Source: Acidobacteriota bacterium
GTDB taxonomy: Bacteria; Acidobacteriota; UBA6911; RPQK01; JADFOI01
NCBI GenBank assembly: GCA_963663035.1
Contig: OY760074.1
Coordinates: 3,168,001 to 3,232,000, forward strand
Length of the DNA: 64,000 nucleotides
Reading direction: 5' to 3'
The translations under genes were made by a program, and so were the position numbers. This document shows positions 40,669-49,819 of this stretch, piece by piece; position 1 is the first letter of the stretch; every line of letters begins with the position of its first letter. The notes below the pieces were generated by a model that did no database searches, was not told the DNA's origin, and saw only the letters and a program-made list of their open reading frames with translations.

Positions 40669-40690
40669 ATATTTAGGTTAAGCTAAATAT
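40669..40690. promoter_or_regulatory. DtxR/MntR/SirR-like operator palindrome
   Basis: atatttag-gttaag-ctaaatat; core TTAGGTTAAGCTAA is one mismatch from TTAGGTTAACCTAA. Confidence 0.6.
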
Positions 40691-40706
40691 AAGGGGGTCA
40701 CCCAGA

Positions 40707-41558
40707 ATGTTGCTTCATCACTTAAGACAACACCACTTTTCTTCCTCTATCACTCGCTTGACTCTTTGCCTGCTCTCCTCGGGATTTTTCACGGGTCCAA
40801 CATGTTTGGGGCAAGCCTCAGAGCCAGAACTGATCACGGATCGGCCAGACCTAACGGAATCCAGTGTAGTTGTGCCTCCTGGATATGTCCAAATCGAAAC
40901 AGGTTGGAGTTTATCACGGGATGAAGAAGGAGGCATCCGCAGCCAGACTCACCAGTTTCCGGGAACCCTGTTTCGTATTGGGACCTTAAAGCGAATGGAA
41001 CTTCGACTGGGCTTCGACGGTTCTCTCTGGGAGCAAACCCGCGAAGCTGGGCAAACAACCGACCTGACGGGTGCAGGGGATATGGAAGTCGGTGCAAAAT
41101 TTTACCTTTGGGAAGAACAGGACTGGTTTCCGGAGGCTGCCTTGCTGGCCGGTGTATCCCTGCCTATTGGCAAGGAGCAACTCTCCAGTGAAAGAGCCGA
41201 CCCCTCCTTTCGGCTCAGTTTGTCGCACACCCTTTCCGATCGCTTCTCCTTTGGCTATAACCTTGGATCCACCTGGGAATCAGCGTTGGACGAAACAGGA
41301 GACCGCGATACGCTCTCCTTATTCAACTATACTGCCACCCTGGCTATTGGACTCAGCGATCCAGTCGGGTTGTTTGTGGAGGTATTCGGGGATATCCCTT
41401 TCAATGCAGAGGGCGGACCCAGGAATTCCTTCGACGGAGGAGTCACCTACCTGCTACGAGACAACCTCCAGCTCGATGCGGCTGCGGGAGTCGGACTCTC
41501 GGAGAGTGCTGACGACTGGTTTGTTGGCCTGGGAATCACCCTTCGATTGCCCCGCTAG
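40707..41558 (+). CDS. Outer-membrane beta-barrel 'transporter' (phenol MetA-pathway-like)
   Basis: ITDRPD..ES..VVPPG..QIETG, NLQLD..GVGL. Confidence 0.8.
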   Translation: MLLHHLRQHHFSSSITRLTLCLLSSGFFTGPTCLGQASEPELITDRPDLTESSVVVPPGYVQIETGWSLSRDEEGGIRSQTHQFPGTLFRIGTLKRMELRLGFDGSLWEQTREAGQTTDLTGAGDMEVGAKFYLWEEQDWFPEAALLAGVSLPIGKEQLSSERADPSFRLSLSHTLSDRFSFGYNLGSTWESALDETGDRDTLSLFNYTATLAIGLSDPVGLFVEVFGDIPFNAEGGPRNSFDGGVTYLLRDNLQLDAAAGVGLSESADDWFVGLGITLRLPR

Positions 41559-43197
41559 CCCGGATTATTCATAAATTCTGAAGAAGGGGTCTGATCGAGG
41601 GCACAAAAAGATGCCGTACCTCTTTGATATAAAAGGGGTTATGAAACAACTCCAAACCAAAAAGGTACGGCCCAGCGATGCATCAGTCTGCCAGATCAAC
41701 TTGCCATCTCACCCTGACAGAAAAGTGGTGGCTCGATTCGATGGAGGCCGGCTCTCCTCCGATGCCGGGCTGCTGTGTCTGTACGCCCTGGATCAACAGC
41801 ACGGACTGACGGCTGGCTTTGCCTCCTGCCTGAAGGACGCTCGAGATAGCCGCTACGTCCGCCACCAGATTCGCGAACTGCTCACCCAGCGCAGCTTTCA
41901 GATCGTGGCCGGCTATGAGGACTGCAACGATGCCGACAGCTTGCGCTCGGATCCCATCTTCAAGACCGTGTGTGATCGGCTGCCGGAAAGCGATCCGGAT
42001 CTGGCTTCTCAACCCACGCTGTCGCGACTGGAGAACTCGGTGGACTCGAAGGATCTCACTCGCCTGGGACAGTGGCTGCTGGAGACCTACTTGAAGCACC
42101 GCAAGAAGAGCCGGCCCGAGAAGATCATCCTGGACATCGACAGCACGGATGACGTCACGCATGGGCAGCAGGAGTTCAGCTTTTACCACGGCTATTATCG
42201 CGAGCACATGTATCATCCGCTGCTGCTATTCGATGGCGAGACGGGCGATCTGGTATGTGCGCTACTGCGGCCCGGCAACCAGGGGGCGGCCGCCCACGCG
42301 GTGGCGGTTCTCAAACGGGTGGTGGCCCGGATGCGCCAGGTTCTGGGATCCGATGTTCCGATCGAAGTGCGAGCCGACAGTGGCTTTGCGACGCCGGCAC
42401 TGTACGAGTTCTGTGAGGAGGAAAAACTGCAGTATGTGGTGGGCTTTGCCCGCAACTCCCGGCTGGCGGCCACCGTCGAGCCCTTGGTTGAGCAGGTGCA
42501 AGCAGACTATGACGACTCAGGAGAAAAGCAACGCCAGTTCACCGAGCTCGTCTATCAGGCCGACAGTTGGGACCGGGAGCGGCGCATGGTGGCCAAGGTG
42601 GAAGTGAGCGAGCGCGGGTTCAACCGTCGCTTTGTGGTCACCAACCGCCAGGATCTCACGGCCGGGCAGCTGTATGACCACTACATCGGACGGGGCCAGT
42701 GCGAGAACTTCGTGAAAGCTTTCAAAAAAGATCTGGCCATGGATCGCTTGAGCTGCCACCGTTTCCTGGCCAACCAGTTCCGACTCTTCATCCACGCCCT
42801 GGCCTATGTCTTAATCCTGCGCCTGCGGGATTACCTGTGCGGGACTCCCTGGCACAACCTGGAGATTGAGACGCTCCGCCGCCGCCTGTTCAAAATCGGT
42901 GCCCGGGTTCGGGAAACTTCTCGTCGCATCTGGGTGCACCTGGCATCGTCTTATCCCGAACAAAAGCTCTTCGCATTACTGATGCACCGTCTGTGTCCCA
43001 CCTGACGGTCCCCTGACTCCCTGCGCCAACACAGATATACAGCCCCCTGCGGGCCGAGCTGTTTCCGGAAGGGGCTCTCGCTTCATCTCTATTCGGCTCA
43101 ACAAGCTTGGACGCCTTGTAATCGCACCTGAACACACTCTCAGCCCTGAACTTCCGCAGAAAATCGACACTCACCCCAAACTTATGAATAATTGCGG
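41559..43197 (+). mobile_element. IS1380-family insertion sequence, 1639 bp, CTAG target duplication
   Basis: IRs cccggattattcataa / ttatgaataattgcgg; ctag at 41555-41558 and 43198-43201. Confidence 0.92.
41611..43005 (+). CDS. IS1380 DDE transposase
   Basis: FDGGRLSSDAG, ASQPTLSRLEN, LDIDST, RADSGF, RGQCENFVK. Confidence 0.95.
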   Translation: MPYLFDIKGVMKQLQTKKVRPSDASVCQINLPSHPDRKVVARFDGGRLSSDAGLLCLYALDQQHGLTAGFASCLKDARDSRYVRHQIRELLTQRSFQIVAGYEDCNDADSLRSDPIFKTVCDRLPESDPDLASQPTLSRLENSVDSKDLTRLGQWLLETYLKHRKKSRPEKIILDIDSTDDVTHGQQEFSFYHGYYREHMYHPLLLFDGETGDLVCALLRPGNQGAAAHAVAVLKRVVARMRQVLGSDVPIEVRADSGFATPALYEFCEEEKLQYVVGFARNSRLAATVEPLVEQVQADYDDSGEKQRQFTELVYQADSWDRERRMVAKVEVSERGFNRRFVVTNRQDLTAGQLYDHYIGRGQCENFVKAFKKDLAMDRLSCHRFLANQFRLFIHALAYVLILRLRDYLCGTPWHNLEIETLRRRLFKIGARVRETSRRIWVHLASSYPEQKLFALLMHRLCPT

Positions 43198-43223
43198 CTA
43201 GCTCGGGTGAGGAAGGACTGCCG

Positions 43224-46200
43224 TCAACAGAAATTACGGGACCAGAGGTCGATCTCGAGTCCCGGGATGGCCTGGAATTTCTGGGCTCGGATCGAAGTGA
43301 CATTGTTCTGGTTCTGCAGGATCCCCTCCACCAACAAAAAAGGCTCGCTGAGCAGGAGCAAGCGGTTCTGCTCCAACAAGTCTGGGTGAATGACAATGTT
43401 TGCAATACCTGTCTCATCTTCCAGGCTCATGAAGAGAAAACCGCGAGCCGTTTGAGGCCGCTGGCGAGCGATGACACCTCCCACCACTCGCACTCGTTTC
43501 CCGTCAGGCACAGAAGGAAGTCGGGAAGCAGGAAGGACTCCCTGACGAGCCAGCTTGGGGCGCTGAAGTGCCATGGGATGAGGCCCGATGCTCAGGCCCG
43601 TGCCACCGTAATCGGCAATCAGGCGTTCCTGAACGCTCATGTCTGGCAGCAGGGACTCGATCTCTTCCTGGGAGGAGTCCAGCCGGGTAAAAAGCGGCCC
43701 CCCCGGGCGACAGGCTTTTTCGATTTGCCAGAGGGCTTGCCGCCGCTTCATCCCGAAGCCATTGAGAGCTCCAATCTCAGCTAATAGGGTCATTTCCGCC
43801 TTTCTCAAACCGATCCTCTGGCGCAGATCATCGATGGAACTGAAAAGACACTTGCGCCGCTCTTCTTCAAGGGTCCTCCCGGCTTTTTCTCGCAATCCCG
43901 CCACATACATCAATCCCAGCCGAATCGACCCATCCTCTTCAATGGTGCAAAGCCAATCGGATTTGAAAACATCGATGGGCTTGATGCACTGGCCGCGGCG
44001 CTGAGCGTCCTTGAGCAGGGTAGCCGGGTGATAAAAGCCCATGGGTTGGTTATTGAAAAGAGCCGTATAAAAAGCGGCCGGGTAGTGGGCTTTGATGTAC
44101 GCACTGGCATAAGCCAGTAAGGCAAAGCTGGCCGAGTGTGATTCGGGAAATCCATAGAGTGCAAAAGAACTAATATAGCGAATGATCGTTTCGGCGGCCT
44201 GGCCGGTGATTCCAGCGCGTTTTAAACCCGGCCGCAGTTTGCGTTCGACTCTTTTCATGCGGGCTTTGGATCTTTTGAAGCCGAGGGCCCGTCTTAACTC
44301 TTCGGCTTCACCTCCGGTAAATCCAGCCGCCACCATGGCGATGCGCAGCATTTGTTCCTGAAACAGAGGAATGCCCAATGTGCGCTCCAGGATGGGCTTC
44401 AGGGATGGGTGGGGGTAGGTCACCGCTTCTTGCCCGGTTCGACGCTTGAGATAGGGATGCACCATCTGCCCTATGACGGGGCCTGGCCGGATGAGGGCGA
44501 TTTCCACCACCAGATCGTAAAAACAGCGAGGCTTCAGGCGGGGTAAAGTGACCATCTGAGCCCGGCTCTCGACTTGAAACACCCCGATCGTATCGGCTTT
44601 TTGCAGCATGGAGTAGACCTTGGGATCATCGGGAGGAAGGTGAGCCAGATCCAGCTCCGAGCCTGACTGGCGAATGAGTTGGAGAGAATCCTGCAGGGCC
44701 GCCATCATTCCCAATCCCAGAAGATCCACCTTGATGATCCCCAGATCGGCGCAATCTTCTTTATCCCACTGGATCACTCTTCTGCCGGGCATGGTGGCAT
44801 TTTCCAGTGGAACAATGGTGTCCAGATGTCCCTGAGCGATCACCATGCCTCCCGAGTGCTGGCCCAGATGGCGGGGAAGGTCCTGGATTTGCTTCCACAG
44901 CCGCAGAAGGCTTCTCACTCGTGAATGAGACAGATCCAATCCTGCCTCCTTGAACCGCTGGGGTGCTTCCTCTTCAAGGCCTTTTCCTCTCCAGGCAATC
45001 ATGAGATGGGAAAGGCGATCCAGCGTTTGGGGAGGAAATTCCAGAGCTTTGCCGACCTCGCGGATGGCACTCTTTGCCCGGTAGGTGATCACATTGGCGG
45101 TCATGGCTGCGCCGTGTTCACCGTAACGGTCGTAGACGTATTGCAGGACGCGTTCTCGCCGTGTACCACTGGGGAGATCCAGATCGATATCCGGCCATTC
45201 ACCTCGTTCTTCAGAGAGGAAGCGTTCAAACAACAGGTCCATGCCGACCGGGTCAACGGCTGTGATTCCCAGGCTGTAGCAGACGGCGCTGTTGGCCGCC
45301 GATCCACGCCCCTGCACCAGGATGTCGTTCTCGCGGCAGAAGCAAACGATTTCCCAGACGATCAAAAAATAACCGGCCAGATCCAGTTTTTCGATCAGAT
45401 CCAACTCCCGGGCAATCTGGCGGCGAGCCCGGTCATGGTAAGGACGATAACGCTGGCGCGCTCCTTCATCAGCGAGCTTTCGCAAATAACTGATCATGCT
45501 CTCTCCAGAGGGAACAGGGTATTCCGGGAAGCGATAACCCAGGTCCTCCAGAGTAAAGTTGAGTTGTTGTGAGAGTTCCACAGTGTGAGCCAGAGCTTCG
45601 GGCAAATCTGCGAAGAGCTGCTCCATCTCTGTGGGTGCTTTCAGATAACATTCCGCATTTCGATTCAGTAACTTCCCCGCTTTGCCTAAAGTGGTCTTGT
45701 GACGTATGCAGGTGAGAATATCCAGTAGAGGACGGCCATTCGCCTTGGCATAGTGGACCCCGTTGGTGGCCACCAGGGGAAGACGGATACGGCGGCTCAA
45801 TTCGATCAAAGCCTGGTTTGCTGCCTCTTGTCGCCTGTCGAGGTGACGCTGCAGTTCTATGTAAACTCGATCCGGACCGTAAATTCCCTGAAGTCGCTGG
45901 GTACAGCGAAGTGCTCCCGGTTGACCGCTTTTCTCCAATGCCAGTCTCAGCGGTCCTCGAGCACCTCCAGTCAAGCAGACGAGCCCGGAAGCGAATTCTT
46001 CTATCTCATCGAAATGGACCGCTCCCTCCCCCTTCCTGGAGCGCAGCTTCATACGGGTGATCAGACGGCAGAGGTTTTGGTAACCGGTCCGGTTTTCAAC
46101 AAACAGGGGAAGCTGACAGGTTTGTTCACAGGATCCACTCGTTAAGGTGATTTCAGCTCCCACCATGGGTCGGAGTCCTGCTTTGCGACAGGCTTTGTAA

Positions 46201-46349
46201 AAACGCGGTGCACCATAGACTCCGTCGCGATCCAGTAAAGCCAGGGTGGGGTAATCCAGACGAGCTGCCTCTTTCACCAGTTCTTCGGGAAGTGCAGAAC
46301 CCTCCAAAAAACTAAAAGCGCTGCAGGTATGAAGTTCGATGTAGGGCAT
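43224..46349 (-). CDS. dnaE2: Error-prone DNA polymerase III alpha
   Basis: PHP domain start YIELH..SAFSFLEG, GRGSAANS, PDIDLD, YGFPESH, QRPQTARG. Confidence 0.95.
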   Translation of the reverse strand: MPYIELHTCSAFSFLEGSALPEELVKEAARLDYPTLALLDRDGVYGAPRFYKACRKAGLRPMVGAEITLTSGSCEQTCQLPLFVENRTGYQNLCRLITRMKLRSRKGEGAVHFDEIEEFASGLVCLTGGARGPLRLALEKSGQPGALRCTQRLQGIYGPDRVYIELQRHLDRRQEAANQALIELSRRIRLPLVATNGVHYAKANGRPLLDILTCIRHKTTLGKAGKLLNRNAECYLKAPTEMEQLFADLPEALAHTVELSQQLNFTLEDLGYRFPEYPVPSGESMISYLRKLADEGARQRYRPYHDRARRQIARELDLIEKLDLAGYFLIVWEIVCFCRENDILVQGRGSAANSAVCYSLGITAVDPVGMDLLFERFLSEERGEWPDIDLDLPSGTRRERVLQYVYDRYGEHGAAMTANVITYRAKSAIREVGKALEFPPQTLDRLSHLMIAWRGKGLEEEAPQRFKEAGLDLSHSRVRSLLRLWKQIQDLPRHLGQHSGGMVIAQGHLDTIVPLENATMPGRRVIQWDKEDCADLGIIKVDLLGLGMMAALQDSLQLIRQSGSELDLAHLPPDDPKVYSMLQKADTIGVFQVESRAQMVTLPRLKPRCFYDLVVEIALIRPGPVIGQMVHPYLKRRTGQEAVTYPHPSLKPILERTLGIPLFQEQMLRIAMVAAGFTGGEAEELRRALGFKRSKARMKRVERKLRPGLKRAGITGQAAETIIRYISSFALYGFPESHSASFALLAYASAYIKAHYPAAFYTALFNNQPMGFYHPATLLKDAQRRGQCIKPIDVFKSDWLCTIEEDGSIRLGLMYVAGLREKAGRTLEEERRKCLFSSIDDLRQRIGLRKAEMTLLAEIGALNGFGMKRRQALWQIEKACRPGGPLFTRLDSSQEEIESLLPDMSVQERLIADYGGTGLSIGPHPMALQRPKLARQGVLPASRLPSVPDGKRVRVVGGVIARQRPQTARGFLFMSLEDETGIANIVIHPDLLEQNRLLLLSEPFLLVEGILQNQNNVTSIRAQKFQAIPGLEIDLWSRNFC

Positions 46350-46357
46350 GTGGTAAA

Positions 46358-46410
46358 CACTGACAACTGACAACTGACAACTGACAACTGATAACTGACC
46401 ACTGACAGTT
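46358..46410. repeat. Heptamer tandem repeat (actgaca)n
   Basis: About 7 units; related arrays at 51614-51645 and near 53445. Confidence 0.8.
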
Positions 46411-46421
46411 GACCGCTAGTG

Positions 46422-46567
46422 CCCGCATTATGCATAGGTTTTCGTAGCGAAGTGGCGCAAGCGCCGCGGCTGACAAGGCGTGTGAGGGGTACCCGCTTGC
46501 GGGGCGCACAACGCAGTCAGCGTGGATGATTGCGACACTGTAGTAGAAACTTTATGCATAATGCGGG
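46422..46567 (-). mobile_element. MITE family A copy 5 (reverse orientation)
   Basis: TIR cccgcattatgcata / tatgcataatgcggg; abuts the imuB TAG stop. Confidence 0.85.
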
Positions 46568-47791
46568 CTAATCGTAGATTCCTTCCAGAAACCAGGTTTT
46601 CCTGCAGTAATCCCAATAGATCCGGCGAATCGATCCGTCCATCAGCTCCACATCCCACTCATCGCGAGACCACTCATGAGCCTTGCCTGTCCACCAATCT
46701 CCGGAAGAGCGCCAGGGTCCGGCACAGGCCACAATCTGATCGGATCGAATGCGAGTGGGGATGGGAGGGCGAAATCTCCTGAGTGAAAGTTGGATGGTCT
46801 CTCTCTCCTTCTCTCTGCGCTCGAAGGGTGCTTTCTTTCGGCCCGTGAAGGGCGCCTCCATCTCGATCGCATCCGGACGGTGAGTGTCAATTAAAGCAGG
46901 AGATCCGATGTTGTTCTTTCCAAACAGGGCGGTCAGACGGGCCAAAGTACGGGACATTTCCTCTGGATTAGGGAGAGGCGGTTCCAGTAGTGAATGCTGA
47001 ATGAGTCGTGGAGGAGCTGGGATTGCTTGAAGCGAAACGCCGACAATCCCCGAGTCGGGTGGATGGGATTGAAGATCCAAACGCAAAAGTGAAAGGAGAA
47101 GCTTCGGATTCCGTGTGGGAAAAGCCACCTGGAGAGTCCGTTTGTAGAAAATGCGATTGTCCAGTCGCAAGACGAGATGGAGAGAATCAACGGCCAAGCC
47201 GTAGATTTGAAGGCGATCACAGAGGTGCTCCAGGATCCTTCCCAGGATAAAAGTGAGTGATTCGAGCGAATCCAGCGTCCATTCCAGTTCCTGACTTTCT
47301 TCGAAATGGGGTTCTTCTACATAGGATTGAAAGGATTCAGTGTCTTGGCCCCGTGCCATTTTCTGTAGACGAAGTCCTGTTTGACCCAGACGGGCCACTA
47401 ATTCCTCTTCCGGCAGAGCCGCCAGCTCGCCTAGAGTACGGATTCCCCACTGGGAAAAAGTCGAAAGAAGTTTGCAGTTGGATTCCTGGAGGGCCAGGGA
47501 GAGCAGGTTTACAGGTAAAGAGGCCAGGAAATCCCGTTCCTTGCCAGGAGGAACAACTGTACCCGATTGAGTTTTAGCGGTAAGAATAGCCGTGATTCGT
47601 GTGGAGGAGATGCCGACTTTGAGCGGAGGAGTTTGCTGGAGCAGTTTCTGGAGAGCCTTCCTTTCAAATTTTGCTGTCACCTCCAGAAGAAGTCCATCTG
47701 GAGGACAGATTTCGATACGGGGAGAGAGTCTGTGGGCGATTGCCAGGATGTGGGATAGATCGGAGCTAAAAATGGCTATAAAACGTGGCAT
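46568..47791 (-). CDS. imuB: Inactive Y-family polymerase ImuB
   Basis: WGIRTLGELAALP HhH, C-terminal GPWR.SGDWW...W.LEGIYD; lies between imuA-like and dnaE2. Confidence 0.85.
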   Translation of the reverse strand: MPRFIAIFSSDLSHILAIAHRLSPRIEICPPDGLLLEVTAKFERKALQKLLQQTPPLKVGISSTRITAILTAKTQSGTVVPPGKERDFLASLPVNLLSLALQESNCKLLSTFSQWGIRTLGELAALPEEELVARLGQTGLRLQKMARGQDTESFQSYVEEPHFEESQELEWTLDSLESLTFILGRILEHLCDRLQIYGLAVDSLHLVLRLDNRIFYKRTLQVAFPTRNPKLLLSLLRLDLQSHPPDSGIVGVSLQAIPAPPRLIQHSLLEPPLPNPEEMSRTLARLTALFGKNNIGSPALIDTHRPDAIEMEAPFTGRKKAPFERREKERETIQLSLRRFRPPIPTRIRSDQIVACAGPWRSSGDWWTGKAHEWSRDEWDVELMDGSIRRIYWDYCRKTWFLEGIYD

Positions 47792-48458
47792 GGTTGGGAT
47801 TCTTACCTCGTAGCAATTCAACTTCGTTGCAAATACCGCGGGCTAGTACCTTTTGAGTCGTAAAACACCACTGCGCTTTACGCCGTCGAAGTGAAATCAC
47901 CACTGCTGCTGCACTTCCAACTGTCGCCTCATTTCCCAATATCAGTAAAATTGTGGGTGTTCCCTGAACAGTATGTTTCAGCCTGAACCAACAATGGGAA
48001 GGGATTTTCTGGATGGATCCGGGATTGACCTCCCTGCCCTGGGTCTCCAGATCGAGCACTACCACCCCAAAACCGCCTGCTCCAGCCAGGATATCTGCTG
48101 CTTTTAAGATTTTTTTCGGCAAAAAGGAGGTCCCACCGCGGACCCAAAGTAAGCGTTGCAGGTCAATACCTGCCTTTTGAGCAAAAACCGGGTCCAGTGA
48201 AGCGAAGGAGTCAATGTAAGCAACCGCTTCTCCTCGTGTGGTCGCTTGAGACAGGATTGAAAGGAGGAGGCTGGTTTTTCCACTGGAAGCAGGTCCTATG
48301 ATCTCTGTTATTTGACCGCGTGGGATGCCACCTGAAAGCAGAAGGTCCAGATGCTTCATACCTGTGGACAAAAACTCCCGGTTTCCTTTTTCTCTCAGTT
48401 GTGATCCTCTGAGAATGGATGCCTCGATTCTTTGGCGCGCAATTGCACGATTCAGCAT
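47766..48458 (-). CDS. imuA: RecA-like ImuA
   Basis: LSTG...LD.LL.GGIPRG.ITEI.GPASSGKTS, GIDLQRLLWVR. Confidence 0.8.
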   Translation of the reverse strand: MLNRAIARQRIEASILRGSQLREKGNREFLSTGMKHLDLLLSGGIPRGQITEIIGPASSGKTSLLLSILSQATTRGEAVAYIDSFASLDPVFAQKAGIDLQRLLWVRGGTSFLPKKILKAADILAGAGGFGVVVLDLETQGREVNPGSIQKIPSHCWFRLKHTVQGTPTILLILGNEATVGSAAAVVISLRRRKAQWCFTTQKVLARGICNEVELLRGKNPNHATFYSHF

Positions 48459-48460
48459 AG

Positions 48461-48475
48461 TTTCACCTTTTGTTC
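48461..48475 (-). promoter_or_regulatory. Putative LexA SOS box
   Basis: Minus strand GAAC-aaaaggt-GAAA just before the imuA ATG; one mismatch from GAAC-N7-GAAC. Confidence 0.65.
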
Positions 48476-48567
48476 ACCTAGGGTAGCGACTCTCTTTCTC
48501 TCTGTCAATGGGTTTGTGCGAACGCACGAATTGACTCTGCAAGGGTTTCAGTGTATTCCGTTGGAGT

Positions 48568-49359
48568 ATGAGCTTTCTTTTGCCGACCGGAACTCTGTGG
48601 TGGCGGGAAATAGTGCGATTTTACCGGCAACGCAGCCGTGTACTGGGTGCACTCGGGACTCCCCTGGTTTTCTGGCTATTCATCGGATCGGGAATCGGTG
48701 CTTCTTTTCGTCCTCCTTCAGCACCAGCGGGGACGAACTATCTGGAATACTTCTATCCGGGAACAATGGTTCTCATTATTCTCTTTACTGCTATCTTCTC
48801 CACCATCTCAGTCATTGAGGATCGCAAAGAAGGGTTTTTGCTCTCTGTGTTGGTTGCCCCCGTGTCCCGCTCCGGGTTGGCCCTGGGTAAGATTCTGGGT
48901 GGAGCGACGCTGGCCTTTCTTCAGGGCTTCCTCTTTGTCCTGGTGGCTCCCCTGGTGGGTATCTCGCTGGAGGTGGGGAAGATCGTACTGTTGGCTGGAA
49001 TCCTTTTTCTTATTGCGGTTTCGCTGACATCGCTGGGCTTTGCATTGGCCTGGAAGATCAATTCCACCCAGGGTTTTCACTCGATTATGAATCTTCTTCT
49101 CTTTCCCATGTGGCTACTTTCGGGGGCTATTTTCCCCCCCTCCGGAGCATCCACGTGGGTGGGATGGCTGATGAAGATCAATCCCCTCACCTATGAACTG
49201 GCAGCTGTGCGTCACATACTGGAAGGGTACAATCCAGCTCTGGAGCTTGAGGTTGCTTCTTTTTCGCACTGCCTGCTGGTCACAGTGCTGTTCGGATTGG
49301 TGGCCTTTCTGGCCTCCTTTACCGTGGTGCAGCAACGCAGTGTGAAAACTCTGGGATGA
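48568..49359 (+). CDS. ABC-2 type permease
   Basis: YLEYFYPG, EDRKEGFL..VLVAPVSR, INPLTY; no ATPase gene adjacent. Confidence 0.85.
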   Translation: MSFLLPTGTLWWREIVRFYRQRSRVLGALGTPLVFWLFIGSGIGASFRPPSAPAGTNYLEYFYPGTMVLIILFTAIFSTISVIEDRKEGFLLSVLVAPVSRSGLALGKILGGATLAFLQGFLFVLVAPLVGISLEVGKIVLLAGILFLIAVSLTSLGFALAWKINSTQGFHSIMNLLLFPMWLLSGAIFPPSGASTWVGWLMKINPLTYELAAVRHILEGYNPALELEVASFSHCLLVTVLFGLVAFLASFTVVQQRSVKTLG

Positions 49360-49772
49360 TATCTCTTGTCGACTTACCCACCCTGAATGCAACCCTGAAC
49401 GGAACGAGTGCTGTTTTGCTCGCTCTGGGTTATTTTTTTATTTGCCGAAAACAGGTAGATTTTCACAAGGCCTGTATGATCGGTGCCTTTGTGACCTCAA
49501 CCCTTTTTCTGGTTTCCTATCTCATCTATCACTATCAGGCCGGATCAAGGTCCTTCTCCGGAGAGGGTTGGACTCGTCCTGTGTACTTTGCCATTCTTAT
49601 TTCTCACATCGTACTGGCCACTGTGATTGTGCCCCTGGCCATCGTCACGCTGACGCGCGCCTGGAGAGGACACTTCGAAAAGCACCGTCACATTGCTCGT
49701 TGGACCCTTCCCGTCTGGCTGTATGTTTCCGTCACCGGCGTGATTGTGTATCTCATGCTGTATCACTGGTAG
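49356..49772 (+). CDS. DUF420 family membrane protein
   Basis: LPTLNATLN, H...M, ILISHIVLA, WLYVSVTGV. Confidence 0.85.
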   Translation: MISLVDLPTLNATLNGTSAVLLALGYFFICRKQVDFHKACMIGAFVTSTLFLVSYLIYHYQAGSRSFSGEGWTRPVYFAILISHIVLATVIVPLAIVTLTRAWRGHFEKHRHIARWTLPVWLYVSVTGVIVYLMLYHW

Positions 49773-49819
49773 ATCACTTATTTCATTGATTTTAAACGGT
49801 GGACTAAAAGGAGACCTCT

